From: an uncultured Verrucomicrobiae bacterium
Lineage (GTDB): Bacteria; Verrucomicrobiota; Verrucomicrobiia; Chthoniobacterales; Chthoniobacteraceae
Assembly: GCA_963769025.1 (NCBI GenBank)
Contig: CAVYKI010000009.1
Location: forward strand, 288,001-352,000
Reading direction: 5' to 3'
DNA: 64,000 nt
Shown: positions 58,142 to 64,000 of the stretch, in pieces
Numbering within the stretch: position 1 is the first letter of the stretch
How the letters are laid out: each line of letters begins with the position of its first letter
The notes under the pieces: generated by a model
What the model was told of the DNA's origin: nothing
What the model saw: the letters and a program-made list of their open reading frames with translations, nothing else
Database searches by the model: none
Position numbers and translations under genes: made by a program

Positions 58142-58726
58142 ATGAAACGCACCGTTTTCGTTTGGTTTGCCGCCGTCGCGCTGTCCGTCTCACGGGCCTT
58201 CGCACTCACGGACGACGACACAACCGCTCTCAAGCAACTCACCAAGGACTACGCGTCGTGGGATTATTCCGGGCATCCCGTGAGCTTTCGTGAGCGGCTC
58301 GACTACAAATCCTTCGAGGAGCAGCGGCACCTCCTGCTGAAACTGGCCGAGATCCAGTGGAACGGCATCTGGGGCGACTACTGGCGAAGGCTCGACGTCG
58401 GCGATCTCAAGACGCTCCGCGGCTTTACGCCCGAGGAGTTCTGGATTCGTTTCAACAGTGTGGTCAAACCCACCGGCGGCGCCGGAGGGAAAACGGGGAC
58501 AGGGCGGACCGGCGTGAACGTTCACGCAATCACCGAGGCGGGCGGTCTCGCCTACGTGGTTTATCAAGTCAGGCATTTCGGGAAGGATATTCCTTCCGAC
58601 GACAATTTCGAAGTCTTGCGCGCGCGCCGGGTGGATGGCGAATGGCGGGTGCTCGCGCTGCCGCGAGTCACCGCCGCCCTGCGCCGGCAACTGGAAGCCG
58701 CGCAGTCGAGGAAGCGGTCGCGCTGA
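58142..58726 (+). CDS. Secreted hypothetical protein
   Basis: Signal peptide ending AFA; ARRVDGEWRV suggests an NTF2-like C-terminus. Confidence 0.6.
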   Translation: MKRTVFVWFAAVALSVSRAFALTDDDTTALKQLTKDYASWDYSGHPVSFRERLDYKSFEEQRHLLLKLAEIQWNGIWGDYWRRLDVGDLKTLRGFTPEEFWIRFNSVVKPTGGAGGKTGTGRTGVNVHAITEAGGLAYVVYQVRHFGKDIPSDDNFEVLRARRVDGEWRVLALPRVTAALRRQLEAAQSRKRSR

Positions 58727-58755
58727 GGGACGCCCCGGTCTCGCGCTTGCCATCG

Positions 58756-59691
58756 TCAGCCGGCTGTTCGCATGCCGCGGAAAAGCCGTTCCGTGTCTTC
58801 ACGGCTGCAGAGCTGCGTCCCGGCGCTCATCACGCATGCCGCGCCGGCTGCGAGCCCAAAGCAGATCGCATCATGCACCGCGAGATCGCGCGCGAGCGCG
58901 AGCACGATTCCTGCGACCATGCTGTCTCCTGCGCCGACCTTGCTTTTCACCGGCACTGCCGGCGAACGCAGCCGCTCACAGCCGGCCGCCGACGCGACGA
59001 GCGCGCCTGCCGCGCCGAGCGACACCACGACGAACTCCGCGATTCCATCACGGACAATCTTCACGGCTGCCTCCTCCTGCTCATCCTCGCCTGACAGTTC
59101 ACATCCGCTCCATGCACGCAATTCCCGCAAGCTGGGCTTGACCAGATACACTTCTGCGCGGAGCGCTTCGCGCAAAGCGGGGCCCGAAGTATCGAGAATG
59201 ATCCGCACGCCGCGTGCCTTCGCGACCTTGGCCAGACGCGCATAGAAGTCGTCCGGAACACCTTGAGGCAGGCTTCCGCTGGCGACGAGAAAGTCGGGCA
59301 CCGGATCCAATTCCCGGACGACATCGAGGCATTGCGTCCACTCCGCCTCGCTCACAGCAGGCCCGGGAAGCACGAAGCGGTACTGCTGCCCCGTGGACTT
59401 TTCGAGGACGCAAAAATTCTCCCGGGTCCATGCCTGGATCGCTATCGAGCGGTGTTCGATAGCCTCCTGGTCGAGGAGCGAACCGAACACCTGCCCGGTC
59501 AATCCGCCGGCCAGGTAAATCGCCAGCGATTCACCGCCCAGTTTGCGAATTGCACGGGACACATTCACTCCGCCGCCGCCCGGTTCGTATGTGCCGGGCC
59601 CGCAACGCAGTTTGTGTTCGGCGAATACCTGATCGACCGAGCAATTCATGTCCACGGCCGGGTTCATCGTGAGGGTGAGCATGCGTTTCAT
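58756..59691 (-). CDS. 1-phosphofructokinase-family hexose kinase (PfkB family)
   Basis: TLTMNPAVD, PGGGGVNVSR, SGSLP, LDTSG, VKP, VSLG..GA, VGAGDSMVAG. Confidence 0.93.
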   Translation of the reverse strand: MKRMLTLTMNPAVDMNCSVDQVFAEHKLRCGPGTYEPGGGGVNVSRAIRKLGGESLAIYLAGGLTGQVFGSLLDQEAIEHRSIAIQAWTRENFCVLEKSTGQQYRFVLPGPAVSEAEWTQCLDVVRELDPVPDFLVASGSLPQGVPDDFYARLAKVAKARGVRIILDTSGPALREALRAEVYLVKPSLRELRAWSGCELSGEDEQEEAAVKIVRDGIAEFVVVSLGAAGALVASAAGCERLRSPAVPVKSKVGAGDSMVAGIVLALARDLAVHDAICFGLAAGAACVMSAGTQLCSREDTERLFRGMRTAG

Positions 59692-59840
59692 CGGGTCACT
59701 GTATCGTGTCGCGATTTGGAATTCTCCAGACTTTGTGACGCGCGTGCGCCTCCGAGACAGTTGCGTCCGGCAATCGCATTGCCACGCGATTCGACCTCCT
59801 CGCTTGCGCGAGCGCCGGGTCCACACCTACTAATGCACTC

Positions 59841-63209
<3,369 letters not shown>

Positions 63210-63258
63210 CGCTTCCGCGCGCTTTTCCGCCGTCGTGCCCGATGCCACGTCTGAATCC

Positions 63259-63741
63259 ATGAAGAAATTCTGTCCCATTTTTTGGTCTTTGCTCGCGGGT
63301 TCGATCCTCGCGCTGGATTACGCGACGGGATATCTTCTGAACCTCGCACCGCTGCTTTTCTTTCCGGTAGCGTTGGCCGCATGGTTTAACGGAAGAATCT
63401 GCGGTTTGGCATTTGCGATCGTGGTGCCGCTGACGCATTTGGGATTCCACTTCCTATGGGCGTCTCCCGCATCCCTTTCCGATGCGATTGCGAATGCCGG
63501 GGTGAAGGTCGTGACGTTCTCGACCTTCGCCGTGCTCATCGATCTCGTGGCCCGGCAGAGGGCGGAGATCCGTGTGCTGAAAGGGTTTCTTCCGACCTGT
63601 GCATGGTGCAGGAAGATTCAGGATGAGGAGGGGAAATGGTCTCCGATTGAAATGTACATCGCGAGTCACTCCGAGGCGAAATTCAGTCACGGGATTTGCC
63701 CGGAATGTGCGGCAAAAAATTTCGGAGCATCCGCGAAGTAG
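63259..63741 (+). CDS. Small membrane protein with C-terminal Cys/His (Zn-ribbon-like) motif
   Basis: About four TMs, then LKGFLPTCAWCRKIQD..G.W...E.YI...S.A.FSHGICPEC. Confidence 0.8.
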   Translation: MKKFCPIFWSLLAGSILALDYATGYLLNLAPLLFFPVALAAWFNGRICGLAFAIVVPLTHLGFHFLWASPASLSDAIANAGVKVVTFSTFAVLIDLVARQRAEIRVLKGFLPTCAWCRKIQDEEGKWSPIEMYIASHSEAKFSHGICPECAAKNFGASAK

Positions 63742-63826
63742 GGGATTTCACCCGAAGCTGATTTCCCCGAATCGGAGGCAGTCGGTGCATACCGTCGAGC
63801 AACCTGCGCCGCTCGTGTGAGCTGCG

Positions 63827-64000
63827 TCATGGTCGCGGGGACGCCTGCCTGCGCATGAAATCGCTGACGTCCCGGAACCATTTCGAGTCGGGATCGATCG
63901 GGAAATTATTGTGCGTCGCGCCGGGCAGGACGATCAGCTTCTTCGGCCCTGCGTAGGCCTCGTGCAGTTTGCGTCCTTGGGCCGCGCCGAGGATTTCATC
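63827..64000 (-). CDS. C-terminus of an alpha/beta hydrolase (runs off window end)
   Basis: Manual translation DEILGAAQGRKLHEAYAGPKKLIVLPGATHNNF...PRP*; catalytic Asp/His pattern. Confidence 0.75.
   Translation of the reverse strand, partial: DEILGAAQGRKLHEAYAGPKKLIVLPGATHNNFPIDPDSKWFRDVSDFMRRQASPRP

Overview
High-GC (by eye roughly two-thirds G+C) bacterial DNA, most likely Verrucomicrobiota/PVC. This is inferred from a DUF1587/1592-type cytochrome protein, a DUF1501 protein, a PVC-type CxxCH protein, many sulfatases and start codons lacking Shine-Dalgarno sites. From left to right: esterase genes; an RlmN-family radical SAM gene; a junction of two 5'-truncated divergent genes (~7.27 kb); a ~9.7-kb, 8-gene MoxR/vWA/DUF58 (Bat-like) operon with unusual partners, including a ~1,200-aa membrane-anchored protein; a ~17-kb minus-strand cluster of exported enzymes (six Cys-type sulfatases, a Tat-exported PhoD-like protein, a LamG protein, a glycoside-hydrolase-like protein, a PVC CxxCH protein); dinB with a GIY-YIG-like gene; hflKC; a Cu-type P1B ATPase; and a trehalose/glycogen stress block (glgX, treY, treZ, treS-maltokinase, PfkB kinase, MscS-like channel, USP). 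Many genes at 0-3.6 kb and 11.8-33.1 kb are broken by single-base indels, while 33.2-64 kb is clean. This looks like sequencing/consensus error, so those genes are reported as reassembled CDSs. I saw no rRNA, tRNA, CRISPR array or transposase. All family assignments come from motif recognition; no database search was run.
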